Both the position numbers and the translations under genes were made by a program. DNA of 64,000 bases from the sequence record OP589283.1, one strand, 5' to 3'. The notes beneath the pieces are model-generated. The model had not been told where the DNA came from, did not search any database, and worked only from the letters and a program-made list of their open reading frames with translations. This document shows, in pieces, positions 19,615-29,265 of this stretch. Position 1 is the first letter of the stretch. The number at the start of each line of letters is the position of its first letter.

Positions 19615-21246
19615 ATGAAAGGTCTTATTTTAAATACTGAAGCCGAACAAACGGTAGAAACTGTTGTTAAAGATTTTGAAACAGCAGTCGGTTCAACCCT
19701 TGGCCCTAACGGTAATTACGTTATCATCAGTTCTGGTACCAGCAGTAAAGTCACTAAAGACGGTGCGACGGTAGCGAAGTCAATTGATTATGACGACCCA
19801 TTCAAAGCACACATCGCTAACATCATTCGTGAAGCGGCAATTAAAACTGAAACCGAGTGTGGCGATGGTACAACCACAACCACGTTGTTTGCTTGTGACT
19901 ATTACTCTTTATTGGCGAAGTATAACACTTATCGCGAACATGAAATCATTCGTCAACTCACTGACAAAGTCATTGTCGAAGTTTCTAAGTGTGAAGTTGA
20001 TACTGAAGAAGCTATTCGAGCGGCTGCGTTAATCAGTGCCAACCGTGATACCAGCATCGCTGATATGGTGTGCGACATTGTGTTTGAAAACCCTGGTGTT
20101 ACACCCGACATCACCTTGATTGAAGGGGGGACCAACAAAGATGTGATTGAACGTATTGAAGGTCATCGTGTTGCCGTTACACCCGTGTACTTGCCAGACA
20201 ACTTTGTCAAAGATAAACAGGACTCCCAAATCCGTTTTATTTATATTGACCAGCGTCTGGATAATGCTGCGCAGTTTATTGAACTGATGCAAGGGTTTGA
20301 TGTTCACTTCCAAGCAAATCCAAATGATTGTATTTATTTGTTTGTGATGAAGAACATCGATAAGTCAGCATTGGCAGTTGACTCAGTTAATCATAAAAAT
20401 GTGTTTGAACCTATTAAACACCGTTTTGGATTACTGAGTGCTAACATTGGCGGTGGGATGTCTTATGAACTGTTGGAAGATATGAAAGCGATGACAGGTG
20501 GCTGCTCATATCACTCCATTGGTGAGTACGTGACTATCGGCGGAAGTTTGATGTACTATGGTGGTAATGAATACACCGTTACTCCTAAGTTCATTCAGGT
20601 AAATAATTTAACTAATGCGAATATACCCTCGGTAAACGAACGCATTGAGTTAATACGTGAAGAGCTTAAAGGGATGGTGGGGTCTAAACTTCACACAGCC
20701 TATGCGGGTATTCTGCGTAAACGATTAGCCAGTTTAGCGAGTCTCCACTACATCATTCATGTTGGTAGCGAAACGCATTCCGACTTCTTGGAACGCAAAG
20801 ACCGTTTTGATGACGTTATCACCAGTGCCGTAACTAACACCATCTACGGAGTTGTACCTGGATTTAACACTGTGTTTGTTAACGCTATGTTGGCTTTACC
20901 TGAACTTAATATGGTATTGTCGAAATCTGAGGAGCAAATGAATGAATCGGACATGCTGTATTTCGATTTTGCTAAAATCTTCTTTAAGCAAACCGAACGA
21001 TTAAAGAACGGGGTGGACACTAAAAATAACGTTGTGAATGACTTAAGTACAGGTGAGTTCATCGAAATCCCATTAAACTCCACTAACTTCGGTGAAGACT
21101 TAATGGAAGCTGCTAGACAGTTAAAGATTTATGACCCTGCTTACACAGTCATTAGCGCATTGCGTGGTGGGTTTAAAACTGGTCAGATTCTGGCCAAAAC
21201 TAAATCTGTTGTAGTCAGTAATCGTTTCGCAAGTCAAATGTTGTAA
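19615..21246 (+). CDS. groEL: Phage GroEL-like chaperonin
   Basis: STLGPNG, VTKDGATVA, ATP-binding GDGTTTT, ERKDRFDDVI..., GVVPG, IYDP; 543 aa. Confidence 0.92.
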   Translation: MKGLILNTEAEQTVETVVKDFETAVGSTLGPNGNYVIISSGTSSKVTKDGATVAKSIDYDDPFKAHIANIIREAAIKTETECGDGTTTTTLFACDYYSLLAKYNTYREHEIIRQLTDKVIVEVSKCEVDTEEAIRAAALISANRDTSIADMVCDIVFENPGVTPDITLIEGGTNKDVIERIEGHRVAVTPVYLPDNFVKDKQDSQIRFIYIDQRLDNAAQFIELMQGFDVHFQANPNDCIYLFVMKNIDKSALAVDSVNHKNVFEPIKHRFGLLSANIGGGMSYELLEDMKAMTGGCSYHSIGEYVTIGGSLMYYGGNEYTVTPKFIQVNNLTNANIPSVNERIELIREELKGMVGSKLHTAYAGILRKRLASLASLHYIIHVGSETHSDFLERKDRFDDVITSAVTNTIYGVVPGFNTVFVNAMLALPELNMVLSKSEEQMNESDMLYFDFAKIFFKQTERLKNGVDTKNNVVNDLSTGEFIEIPLNSTNFGEDLMEAARQLKIYDPAYTVISALRGGFKTGQILAKTKSVVVSNRFASQML

Positions 21247-21253
21247 TTGACAT

Positions 21254-21288
21254 TAGTTTACAGCACACTTAGCGTGTGCTGTAAACTA
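21254..21288 (+). terminator. Intrinsic terminator hairpin
   Basis: tagtttacagcacac-ttagc-gtgtgctgtaaacta followed by T-rich sequence. Confidence 0.8.
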
Positions 21289-21381
21289 TTTCATTTTATT
21301 TTTCAGGAGAATATCATGGAACACTCTTCAGAAAATAAATAGAAGACATCGGGTCGATTAAAGTATGCTTTTTCTTAAGTC

Positions 21382-21389
21382 TACATTAT
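21382..21389 (+). promoter_or_regulatory. Degenerate early promoter-like motif TACATTAT
   Basis: Same spacing (about 50 nt) to the next start codon as the TATATTAC copies; two mismatches. Confidence 0.35.
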
Positions 21390-21441
21390 TGATGTGATGA
21401 AACATTAACGTTTTTAATGTAGACTATAAGAGGATTTCAAA

Positions 21442-22923
21442 ATGATTGACAAATTAAGATTACCCCTGATTAAGTATTCAAAAATCATCGTTACACCAGA
21501 AACAGTGAATGACGATAAATATATCCAAAAGATTACTTTGTTTTACAAAGATTTACGTGACAAAGAATTCGACAGGATTTTTATTATTAGAGCTGAAGAT
21601 GACACGTTGGTGGTGTCAAATAATGATGAGTTCTTTTTTGCTATAACTGCTGATCGAATCACGGTTGCTTCAGATAAAGAATTCTTTATTTATGAAGAAC
21701 TGTTTAAAACGATGTATTCTAATTTCATGGAAAGGTTGTCCCCTCCATTAGAAAGAGAAGCGGTGTCTGATAAAAATCTTGCAGATGAAATTTTTGATGC
21801 ACTAAAGTTTTATGGTATCAAGCCGATGTTTAGTCTTGAATCAACAAGTTTAAAAGTCTATGTAGACCAGCTTGTTGAGTTCAGTAATACTACTTTAGTT
21901 AACATGGGTGTCACCCATTACGGCGTGGCGAACCAAATTAAGGAGCACTTTCCAATTTCTGAAACAGCAGAACCACTTACTAAGCAGCGTTATTTCTTTG
22001 TGATGACGAAAAACATCGTGGAGAATATTGAAAAAGGCAATATTTCAATATTCGAAAACTTTGATGATTTAAACCTATCAAAAGAAAAACGTTTTTCCAG
22101 ATTAGCGTCATTTAATAAAAATATGCGTGCTATTTGGAAAGCTGCCGCTGCGATGGGGGCAGAAGGAGTTCTTTTTGTTACTGATTCCGAAAAGGAAAGT
22201 TTTTCACTACAAATTCAATTGGTAGATGGAAAACATAGAGTCTTTGCTAAATCAGCGCTCGAAGGGGTCTTCTCCAAAAAAGATTTGGAAACAAAAGCAA
22301 TTAAACAACTGATCAAAGAAGTGAAAGCGGAGTTTAGTACCTACGCGGTAGATGCTAAAAATCGTTTTACAATTCAACCTATCAAAACCAGCTTTTTGAT
22401 AAAAGGAAAAACAATCATGTTTAAACAAACCTTTAAAGACCATTTGCATTTAGATGTAAATGAACATATTGAAACCGGTCTTCGCCACGGAATAAAAACG
22501 GCACCTCTATCTGCTAAACACTTCGCTGAAACAGTAACACAGAATGACGGTACCCCCGTTAAAACCATGACAAGCATGATAGCAAATAACGCGTTAACTC
22601 AACAGAAGCAAATTGCTTTAGTTAATTGTTTTTATACTTGGGATGGGCAGTGTGATGAAGACGTTATTACACAGGGTATTTTAGATCGATATGCTGCAAT
22701 GGAGGCTCCACTTATTGGAGTGAAATTGGTGCGTAAAAATCTTTACAATGTAGTAGTCCTGGGTATTTTTGAAAGTCATGAAGACTGTCCAAAAATATTA
22801 TTTGATTTTTCAGTTAAACCGTACATCTGTGCTGACCATATCAGTGATAATCTATTCTTCCATACAGAAGAAATTAATTTTCTGAAAACATGGTTGATGG
22901 AAAACTTTTATCACACCAAATAG
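21442..22923 (+). CDS. Hypothetical protein (493 aa)
   Basis: Long ORF with RBS agga; no motif recognised. Confidence 0.75.
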   Translation: MIDKLRLPLIKYSKIIVTPETVNDDKYIQKITLFYKDLRDKEFDRIFIIRAEDDTLVVSNNDEFFFAITADRITVASDKEFFIYEELFKTMYSNFMERLSPPLEREAVSDKNLADEIFDALKFYGIKPMFSLESTSLKVYVDQLVEFSNTTLVNMGVTHYGVANQIKEHFPISETAEPLTKQRYFFVMTKNIVENIEKGNISIFENFDDLNLSKEKRFSRLASFNKNMRAIWKAAAAMGAEGVLFVTDSEKESFSLQIQLVDGKHRVFAKSALEGVFSKKDLETKAIKQLIKEVKAEFSTYAVDAKNRFTIQPIKTSFLIKGKTIMFKQTFKDHLHLDVNEHIETGLRHGIKTAPLSAKHFAETVTQNDGTPVKTMTSMIANNALTQQKQIALVNCFYTWDGQCDEDVITQGILDRYAAMEAPLIGVKLVRKNLYNVVVLGIFESHEDCPKILFDFSVKPYICADHISDNLFFHTEEINFLKTWLMENFYHTK

Positions 22924-22930
22924 TAAATCG

Positions 22931-22960
22931 AAAATAAGGGAGAAGTTCTCCCTTATTTTT
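22931..22960 (+). terminator. Intrinsic terminator hairpin
   Basis: aaaataagggaga-agt-tctcccttatttt. Confidence 0.75.
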
Positions 22961-22972
22961 TTGGAGAAACTT

Positions 22973-23260
22973 ATGACAACTATCGAAACATATAAAGTGG
23001 TAATAACGCTGTTATTTGGTGTTTGCTTTTTACTTGCAGTAATTATCGCGCGTTTAGCAAACCGAGAAAGAAAATATCGGAAAACGATTACCAACCTCAT
23101 CGCTGGGCTTGATACTTTACATTCCATGAATAGGGATGATAAAGTCGTTCATCAAATCCGCAACCCTAATTCACCCATAGCCAATAGACATCAGGGTGGT
23201 TATACTCCAATACCTCAACCCGAATATAAACATTGGGGGGCCCCTCCAGGGGATGATTAG
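22973..23260 (+). CDS. Small membrane protein (single N-terminal TM helix)
   Basis: RBS ggag, ATG at 22973, hydrophobic VVITLLFGVCFLLAVIIA followed by basic RLANRERK. Confidence 0.6.
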   Translation: MTTIETYKVVITLLFGVCFLLAVIIARLANRERKYRKTITNLIAGLDTLHSMNRDDKVVHQIRNPNSPIANRHQGGYTPIPQPEYKHWGAPPGDD

Positions 23261-23621
23261 TATGAATGAAAACACAGAAGAGTTTAAAGAGCTTGGAAGA
23301 TTCTTTCCTTCTAAGTCTTTTTCTCCTGAAGTTGTTCTTATCGTCGGGAATCTGTTAATCGGCGCTAAAGAAAAGGGAAACGAACCACTCGAGGTTCAAG
23401 TGGTATCGTTTGAAGATAAATGTAGAAGTGTGTTGATTCGTGTTAAAGGTCAAAAATGGAAACCTTTAGCAAAATGGTCTGGGCCAAGAAGAAAACTACA
23501 CTGCTATACTACGCTACCAGACCACATCAACTATAAGCAGTTTGTTGCATTAGATGAATGGTGTGATAAATATTTGTCTAGAACTGCTAAACGAGTTGTT
23601 TACCTCGAGACTCGTCTTTAA
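23253..23621 (+). CDS. Hypothetical protein
   Basis: Start overlaps the previous stop (atga); followed by a terminator. Confidence 0.55.
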   Translation: MISMNENTEEFKELGRFFPSKSFSPEVVLIVGNLLIGAKEKGNEPLEVQVVSFEDKCRSVLIRVKGQKWKPLAKWSGPRRKLHCYTTLPDHINYKQFVALDEWCDKYLSRTAKRVVYLETRL

Positions 23622-23625
23622 TAGA

Positions 23626-23659
23626 AACACTGTATCTCCTTAACGGGAGATACAGTGTT
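23626..23659 (+). terminator. Intrinsic terminator hairpin
   Basis: aacactgtatctcc-ttaacg-ggagatacagtgtt. Confidence 0.8.
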
Positions 23660-23727
23660 AATCTTATATTTTTATTTGTTTTTGAATTTTATGCCCAGTT
23701 AACTTTTAATACGAGAGAATACCAGTA

Positions 23728-25395
23728 ATGAGTAGAGACAGTATTAATTTATTCAAGAAGCGTTTCTTGGAGTATAACAGGGTCAGGTATGTCGAGGAAG
23801 ACAATTGGCGTATCGCGTTAGAGAGTTTAACGGTAGACGACATCAATGTTCTGGAGTATGTACCAGACCCTGAATCGAAATACAGAACTGTGTTAACTGA
23901 GGTACAATCCGACAAATTCAGTTTGACGGGTTTAGACCAAAAGTACACTAAAGCGTATTTCGGTACAGACACGGTTTCTATGTTGTCTGACAGATTTATT
24001 TACCCAGACTTGGTATCAGTATTAAACCTGAATATCCTGGGTATGTTTTTCTATGAGAACAAAGAGGAGCCTGAATTTCCACATGTAGTCATCGCAACCA
24101 ATTTCCTTCGGGAATGGAGCGAAGGCTTGCCTTTCATTAATGAAGTATTGGAAGCGATTAACACGTATACCAAATACGACATTAAAATGATTGAATGTAC
24201 GTTCAGTAAAAACGAAGAAGATAGTTCCGGTACTCGGGAAGTTATCGACGTGGACCTTGATAACCACACTATCTGGGGGAGTATTAAAGTAGGTCAAATT
24301 CCTGCGGCGTATCCATTAGGGACTTACCCTTATGAATACCTCGGTAAATTCAGTGAATTCCACCTCATTGAAAAGAACAAGTTATTGGAACTCTCCAATA
24401 TCCCTGACTCCCCTTTAGACGAACAAAGCCGTTTGGAAACTCCCTTTGTTTGGTTGAAATTCCGTTACTACGGAAAAATCGTTTACATTCCTAAATACCC
24501 TATTTTGTCTGGGGTAAGTTGGAACACCTTAAACGACCGTGGATTAGTTGGTGGTAAGACAATTATTACAGGATTGGACGGTAATGAATACCGTTTACGT
24601 CTTGTGCTGGTAAATGATGAAGAGAACGAGTGGGACAACCTCATCAAACGCTGTGTAGATGGCTCTGAGATGATGGAGTGGGAAGCATTCAACTACAGTA
24701 ATGAAATGCAATATTCTGGTGCACAGGGTTCTACCGCTGTGTTAACAGAAGGGATTGACTCTACTCAACAGAACTACCTTGTCGGTGGCGCTGGAATGGT
24801 TGACCTTATTACCCCGATTGCTAAAGGCACCACCCAGGTGTCTAATCGACTGGTGTCATGGCTGCCTGTGTTGGAGTTACGTGGTTGTGACCCCATTGAC
24901 GCAGACAGTGTTCATCCTCACTGGGTTGATTTGAAAGACCCCATTCCAGACCAGTATGATGTTGAGTACGAGCTACCACCGGACATGACATTTGCTATCC
25001 GTCTGAAAAAGGTAGAATACGAAGGTAAGAACTTAGCGACCATCAGTGTTGAGGCCGAAAGCCCGTCTGATACTGCTATTGTGTACCCGACTAAAGTGAG
25101 TGTATTGAGTGAAATTGAAGAGCCTGATTTAGAACCAGTATCAGTCAGTGCGATTTCAATCGTGTATCCGTTAAGAGTATCTGAAGCTGCGCTCGATGAA
25201 GGAGTGTTAGACATGTCTGTCTCAGCAGTCCAAGATGCTTACTTTATCTCGGTGGACACGCTTAAAGAAGTTCCTATTGGTATCAGTGAAGCCGTTATCG
25301 ATTTACCTAGCGAAACGGATGCTACCATTAAACGTACTCGTATAAGCTACCTGTCCGAACCTACCAAAACAATCTCTGAGCCTTACATCAAGTAA
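23728..25395 (+). CDS. Virion structural protein, member 1 of the paralog array (chimeric three-module protein)
   Basis: The middle region (WLKFRYYGKIVYIP...GNEYRLRL...EWDNLI...WLPVLEL) shares motifs with the next four genes. Confidence 0.7.
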   Translation: MSRDSINLFKKRFLEYNRVRYVEEDNWRIALESLTVDDINVLEYVPDPESKYRTVLTEVQSDKFSLTGLDQKYTKAYFGTDTVSMLSDRFIYPDLVSVLNLNILGMFFYENKEEPEFPHVVIATNFLREWSEGLPFINEVLEAINTYTKYDIKMIECTFSKNEEDSSGTREVIDVDLDNHTIWGSIKVGQIPAAYPLGTYPYEYLGKFSEFHLIEKNKLLELSNIPDSPLDEQSRLETPFVWLKFRYYGKIVYIPKYPILSGVSWNTLNDRGLVGGKTIITGLDGNEYRLRLVLVNDEENEWDNLIKRCVDGSEMMEWEAFNYSNEMQYSGAQGSTAVLTEGIDSTQQNYLVGGAGMVDLITPIAKGTTQVSNRLVSWLPVLELRGCDPIDADSVHPHWVDLKDPIPDQYDVEYELPPDMTFAIRLKKVEYEGKNLATISVEAESPSDTAIVYPTKVSVLSEIEEPDLEPVSVSAISIVYPLRVSEAALDEGVLDMSVSAVQDAYFISVDTLKEVPIGISEAVIDLPSETDATIKRTRISYLSEPTKTISEPYIK

Positions 25396-25426
25396 GGTAT
25401 CGTGTTATTAACAAAGGAACTTAAGA

Positions 25427-26332
25427 ATGGCTATTACACTCCATTTTGACAACCCTAACCCAGAGGGTGTTAAGTTAGAAATCTTCCGTGACACGGCCCA
25501 CATTGACCGTGCTAACCTACCAGCTCCTATTGCGACAATTCTCACTCATGCTGATTCATGGACTGACGTAACTGCAATTAAAGGTGCGACGTACTACTAC
25601 GTATTTAAAACCACCGGTGCAGTGGACTCTAAACTGACCCGCAACCTTGAAGTCATTGCATTGGACGACAAAGGTGTGGGTAACGACAAACTGTACTTTG
25701 GTAACTTAGACTACGGTTACTATGGTAACGTATTGGTGAGTTCATTCTTCACTGGCGCACAGTTGATTTCTGCGTTGGGCATGACGTTCCCTTTACCCGG
25801 TACGGCAATTACCATGTGGCACAAGTTCGCCTATAAAGGCAAGACTGTGTTTGTACCAAACAGTTTCGTGGGTAAAGGTCTAAGCTACAACGAATTAGTT
25901 GCTGCTGGTCTACGTGAAGGTAAGATTGTTCAATACGGACAATTCCAATACCGTGTACGTCTGATGAAAGGTTTCGATCCAAACAGAAACTTCGGTGACT
26001 TTATCACCATGAACAACGGTTCTACTGATACAGCGCTTCTCCCAGACTTCGACAGCGAATTCGACCGTTTAGTGTACCCACTGTCCCGCTATATTCCAGT
26101 GAGACAAGCAACACACAACGTCGATTACCGCAACATGGCTGAACTAGGTTATGCCACGAGTACTTGGTTCGTGATGGCAGAATTGAACGGTGATGCTTCG
26201 TTGTGCTTAACCCGTGGCACGAACACTGAAACAGCCGTTGGGTTAACAACCGCAGTTGCATTAACACCTGCTACTAAAGTAAACGGTGTGGCCTTCCTTC
26301 CAATCCTTGAACTGATCACTGACCAAGTTTAA
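25427..26332 (+). CDS. Virion structural protein, paralog 2 (FN3-like N-terminus + conserved family domain)
   Basis: ITLHFDNPNP...IFR...YYYVF; GNLDYGYYG; WHKFAYKGKTVFVP; QYRVRL; ends FLPILEL. Confidence 0.7.
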   Translation: MAITLHFDNPNPEGVKLEIFRDTAHIDRANLPAPIATILTHADSWTDVTAIKGATYYYVFKTTGAVDSKLTRNLEVIALDDKGVGNDKLYFGNLDYGYYGNVLVSSFFTGAQLISALGMTFPLPGTAITMWHKFAYKGKTVFVPNSFVGKGLSYNELVAAGLREGKIVQYGQFQYRVRLMKGFDPNRNFGDFITMNNGSTDTALLPDFDSEFDRLVYPLSRYIPVRQATHNVDYRNMAELGYATSTWFVMAELNGDASLCLTRGTNTETAVGLTTAVALTPATKVNGVAFLPILELITDQV

Positions 26333-26349
26333 TGTAAGTGGGGTGAGAC

Positions 26350-27336
26350 ATGGCTTTAACAATCAATTATGCATTAGACCCTAACACGGCTTCTGCTGTA
26401 TTGAAACGCACTGTTGGTCGCGATTACTCCCCCGGTCAGGCTCCTGATGACACTGTGACACTTGATGTAGGTGCCGCAGCTTATTCATACGCTGATGGGG
26501 TAGAAGGTACCAAGTACGGTTTCATGATTACTGCAACAGATAGTACGGGTAAAACGATTGACAGTAACCCGTTCAGTTTAGTTTATTTTGAAGACACTGG
26601 TCCTGGTGTACAGAATAAACCAACACGGGGTTATCCAGACTTTGGTGTCTTTGAGTTTCTGACTACTGCACAGTTTGGTAAAACACCGTCTGAAGTTCGT
26701 GATATGGTTATTGCGTTGGGTTTCCCAAGTGTAGGGTTACCTTATACTGGCACAACGACAGGTTGGTATAAATGTCTAGTGGATGGCAAGATTATCTTAA
26801 TTCCTAAGAACTTCTTCATCTACTTAGATTCGATACTCAGTCAGATGATTCCATCACGACTCATCAGTTCCGGTCTTATCTCTGCGGGAGCCGCTGGCGC
26901 ACATAACTTCGATAACTGCCCGATTGTGACCATCGGTGGTTTGAATTATAAATGGCGTGGTTTAAAACATTGGACGGGGGATTTAGTCGACATCAACGAT
27001 AAGTTGAAGGAAACTACCGCTAAAGACTACGGTCGTTCAAGTGAAGCGGATATGTACATGTGTTTGACCAACCCGACTACTGCAAACGCGGGTTATGACC
27101 CAGGATTGAGTGGGGCTTCAAATGTGGGTAAGACATTACCTCCATTCGTAGCGGGGGATGATAACCTCATTTTCGGACCCACAGCCAACGCGGGGATGGT
27201 GCTCTTGGGGAATGCTAACTGGCCCAATGCAAACGGGGCTTTCCGTTTAATGGGAACAACGGCTAACTGGTTCTCGAGTACAGGTTCAATTTACGGTGCG
27301 AAAATGGTGCCGGTGCTTGAACTCGTCAGTAACTAA
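26350..27336 (+). CDS. Virion structural protein, paralog 3
   Basis: GPG...RGYPDFGVF; WYKCLVDGKIILIP; NYKWR; ends MVPVLEL. Confidence 0.7.
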   Translation: MALTINYALDPNTASAVLKRTVGRDYSPGQAPDDTVTLDVGAAAYSYADGVEGTKYGFMITATDSTGKTIDSNPFSLVYFEDTGPGVQNKPTRGYPDFGVFEFLTTAQFGKTPSEVRDMVIALGFPSVGLPYTGTTTGWYKCLVDGKIILIPKNFFIYLDSILSQMIPSRLISSGLISAGAAGAHNFDNCPIVTIGGLNYKWRGLKHWTGDLVDINDKLKETTAKDYGRSSEADMYMCLTNPTTANAGYDPGLSGASNVGKTLPPFVAGDDNLIFGPTANAGMVLLGNANWPNANGAFRLMGTTANWFSSTGSIYGAKMVPVLELVSN

Positions 27337-27350
27337 TTGAGGTAACTAAC

Positions 27351-28331
27351 ATGGCGTTAACGGTTAATTACAAAGTCTCTCCCGATGCCACACTTGCGAG
27401 ACTCTATCGCAGTATTGGTTCGAAGATTGACTTAACTAACCTTCCAGCCAACCCAACGGTGCTGGATAAAACTAAAACCCAGTATGTTTACCCAGATGGC
27501 GTAAACAATACTCACTACAGTTTTGTGGTAGAAACAACAGATATTAATGGAAATAAGAACTTTTCCAGTATCCAAGATATTCTTTACAAAACAGAATTGG
27601 GGCCTGGTCCTACTAAGGTCACACGTGGTTATTTTGACTTTGGCGTATTTGGTGAAGTCAGTTCAGAAGAACTCGGTGCTAACCCACATGCTCTACGGGA
27701 TTACATCAACACTATCTCTGGTAACTGTCCGGCATTAGACGGACCTACTGGACAGGGTTGGTTTAAATGTCTTGTTAACAAGAAAATCATTTACATCCCT
27801 AAAGATGTGCGTTTTTACCACGGTGCTTCGGTCTCTTACACAAAAGCAGTCTTGTATCCGACCAGACTGTGCGATGATAACGGACTGTTTGATGACTGCC
27901 CAATCATTACGTTGAAAGGCCGTCAATACAAATGGCGCAGTCTTGCTCATCACGACACTTCCCTAACTGGTGCTGCCGCATTAGCGGCGATTAAGGATAT
28001 TGGAAGTGGGACTTTCCTAACTAAGCAACGTTCTGAAATCATGATGATGGTTTGCTTAACCGCTTCAAATTACGGTGGTGCTGACTTTGATGGGTTGGGT
28101 TTACCGGTGGCTCCATCAACAGGTGGCGCCCCATTCCGAGCTGGTGAACTTAAACCATTCAACAACGACCCTGCGTTTAAAGCGTACGGTATGGGTACAA
28201 CTGGTTGGCCAAATAACGGTTCCGGTATTTTCGCTTATCAGGCTAACCCACCATCACTTGGACAACAGGGCGTATCTTCATCATCACCTTACTACGTGTG
28301 TTCGGTGCCGATTTTAGAACTGTTGGATTAA
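27351..28331 (+). CDS. Virion structural protein, paralog 4
   Basis: GPGP...RGYFDFGVF; WFKCLVNKKIIYIP; QYKWR; ends SVPILEL. Confidence 0.7.
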   Translation: MALTVNYKVSPDATLARLYRSIGSKIDLTNLPANPTVLDKTKTQYVYPDGVNNTHYSFVVETTDINGNKNFSSIQDILYKTELGPGPTKVTRGYFDFGVFGEVSSEELGANPHALRDYINTISGNCPALDGPTGQGWFKCLVNKKIIYIPKDVRFYHGASVSYTKAVLYPTRLCDDNGLFDDCPIITLKGRQYKWRSLAHHDTSLTGAAALAAIKDIGSGTFLTKQRSEIMMMVCLTASNYGGADFDGLGLPVAPSTGGAPFRAGELKPFNNDPAFKAYGMGTTGWPNNGSGIFAYQANPPSLGQQGVSSSSPYYVCSVPILELLD

Positions 28332-28343
28332 TTGGAGACGGTC

Positions 28344-29249
28344 ATGCTAACAATCTTTTGGGATAACCCTAATGAGTTGAGCTTTGACCATATCGACGTC
28401 TACCGGTCTAGTAGTAAGAACGGGGAGTTTGTTAAGGTAGCTACTTTACCTTCTACGGCTCTCCAATTCAAAGACACCGCATTACCCAAAATGCACCACG
28501 TCTATTACTACAAAATCGTGTTTGTGGATGAGTACATGGATGACGCGGACTCTATTGCTTTCCCAATGGGTTACTACCCATTAGGAACAGGTCCGGGACC
28601 TCAAGAACTCATGCGAGGAAATTGGAACTTAGGTTACTTCGGCCCAGTTAATATTGGGTTGTTACCTAGTTTTGGAGAAATTGCTGCGGTATTAAAGCAT
28701 GACCCTCCTCAGATTTTCTCACCGTTTGTATGGCATAAGTTTGTTGCTCAAAGTAACATCATCTACGTTCCTGACAAATGGGTAGCGTGGAACCAAACTG
28801 CAGTGTCTGCTATTAATCTCAATACCCCCGGTGAAGACCGAGATGACGTTATTGGTCTTCTTACCAAGGATGGACACAACTATAGTGTCAGAGCTCCCTA
28901 TGCGGACTCTTCTCGACGCAATGATTGGGTCGGATATGAAGATGTTGATTTAAGAACATCTGAAAACGTGAAAGACTCCGAGTTAGGTGCTGTGATGTCG
29001 ATGTGTACCAACCTCACCGAGGAAATTTACGGGGGTTGGTTTAAACTCGTTGAAGTTCCTGAATTGAATGATTTCAGCTATGCCGTCACCACCAGTACTC
29101 CAGGCAAACCAACCGCGGACAGTAATTTCCCTGGTCGAACCACTATCCCTTGGAAAATTCCAGCGGGACCGGCTGGTAAGGTACTCCCCGTTACGGACGC
29201 CGCAGGAAACCGTATGGTATTCAACATTCTAGAATATTTATTTGACTAG
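28344..29249 (+). CDS. Virion structural protein, paralog 5
   Basis: RBS ggag then MLTIFWDNPN...VYR...YYYKI; GPGPQELMRGNWNLGYFG; WHKFVAQSNIIYVP; NYSVRA; ends VFNILEY. Confidence 0.7.
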   Translation: MLTIFWDNPNELSFDHIDVYRSSSKNGEFVKVATLPSTALQFKDTALPKMHHVYYYKIVFVDEYMDDADSIAFPMGYYPLGTGPGPQELMRGNWNLGYFGPVNIGLLPSFGEIAAVLKHDPPQIFSPFVWHKFVAQSNIIYVPDKWVAWNQTAVSAINLNTPGEDRDDVIGLLTKDGHNYSVRAPYADSSRRNDWVGYEDVDLRTSENVKDSELGAVMSMCTNLTEEIYGGWFKLVEVPELNDFSYAVTTSTPGKPTADSNFPGRTTIPWKIPAGPAGKVLPVTDAAGNRMVFNILEYLFD

Positions 29250-29265
29250 GACTTAAGGGTACACC

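Noticed and set aside
23728-29249. Diversity-generating retroelement acting on the paralog array
   Set aside because: No reverse transcriptase and no near-identical TR/VR pair differing only at adenines was seen in the window
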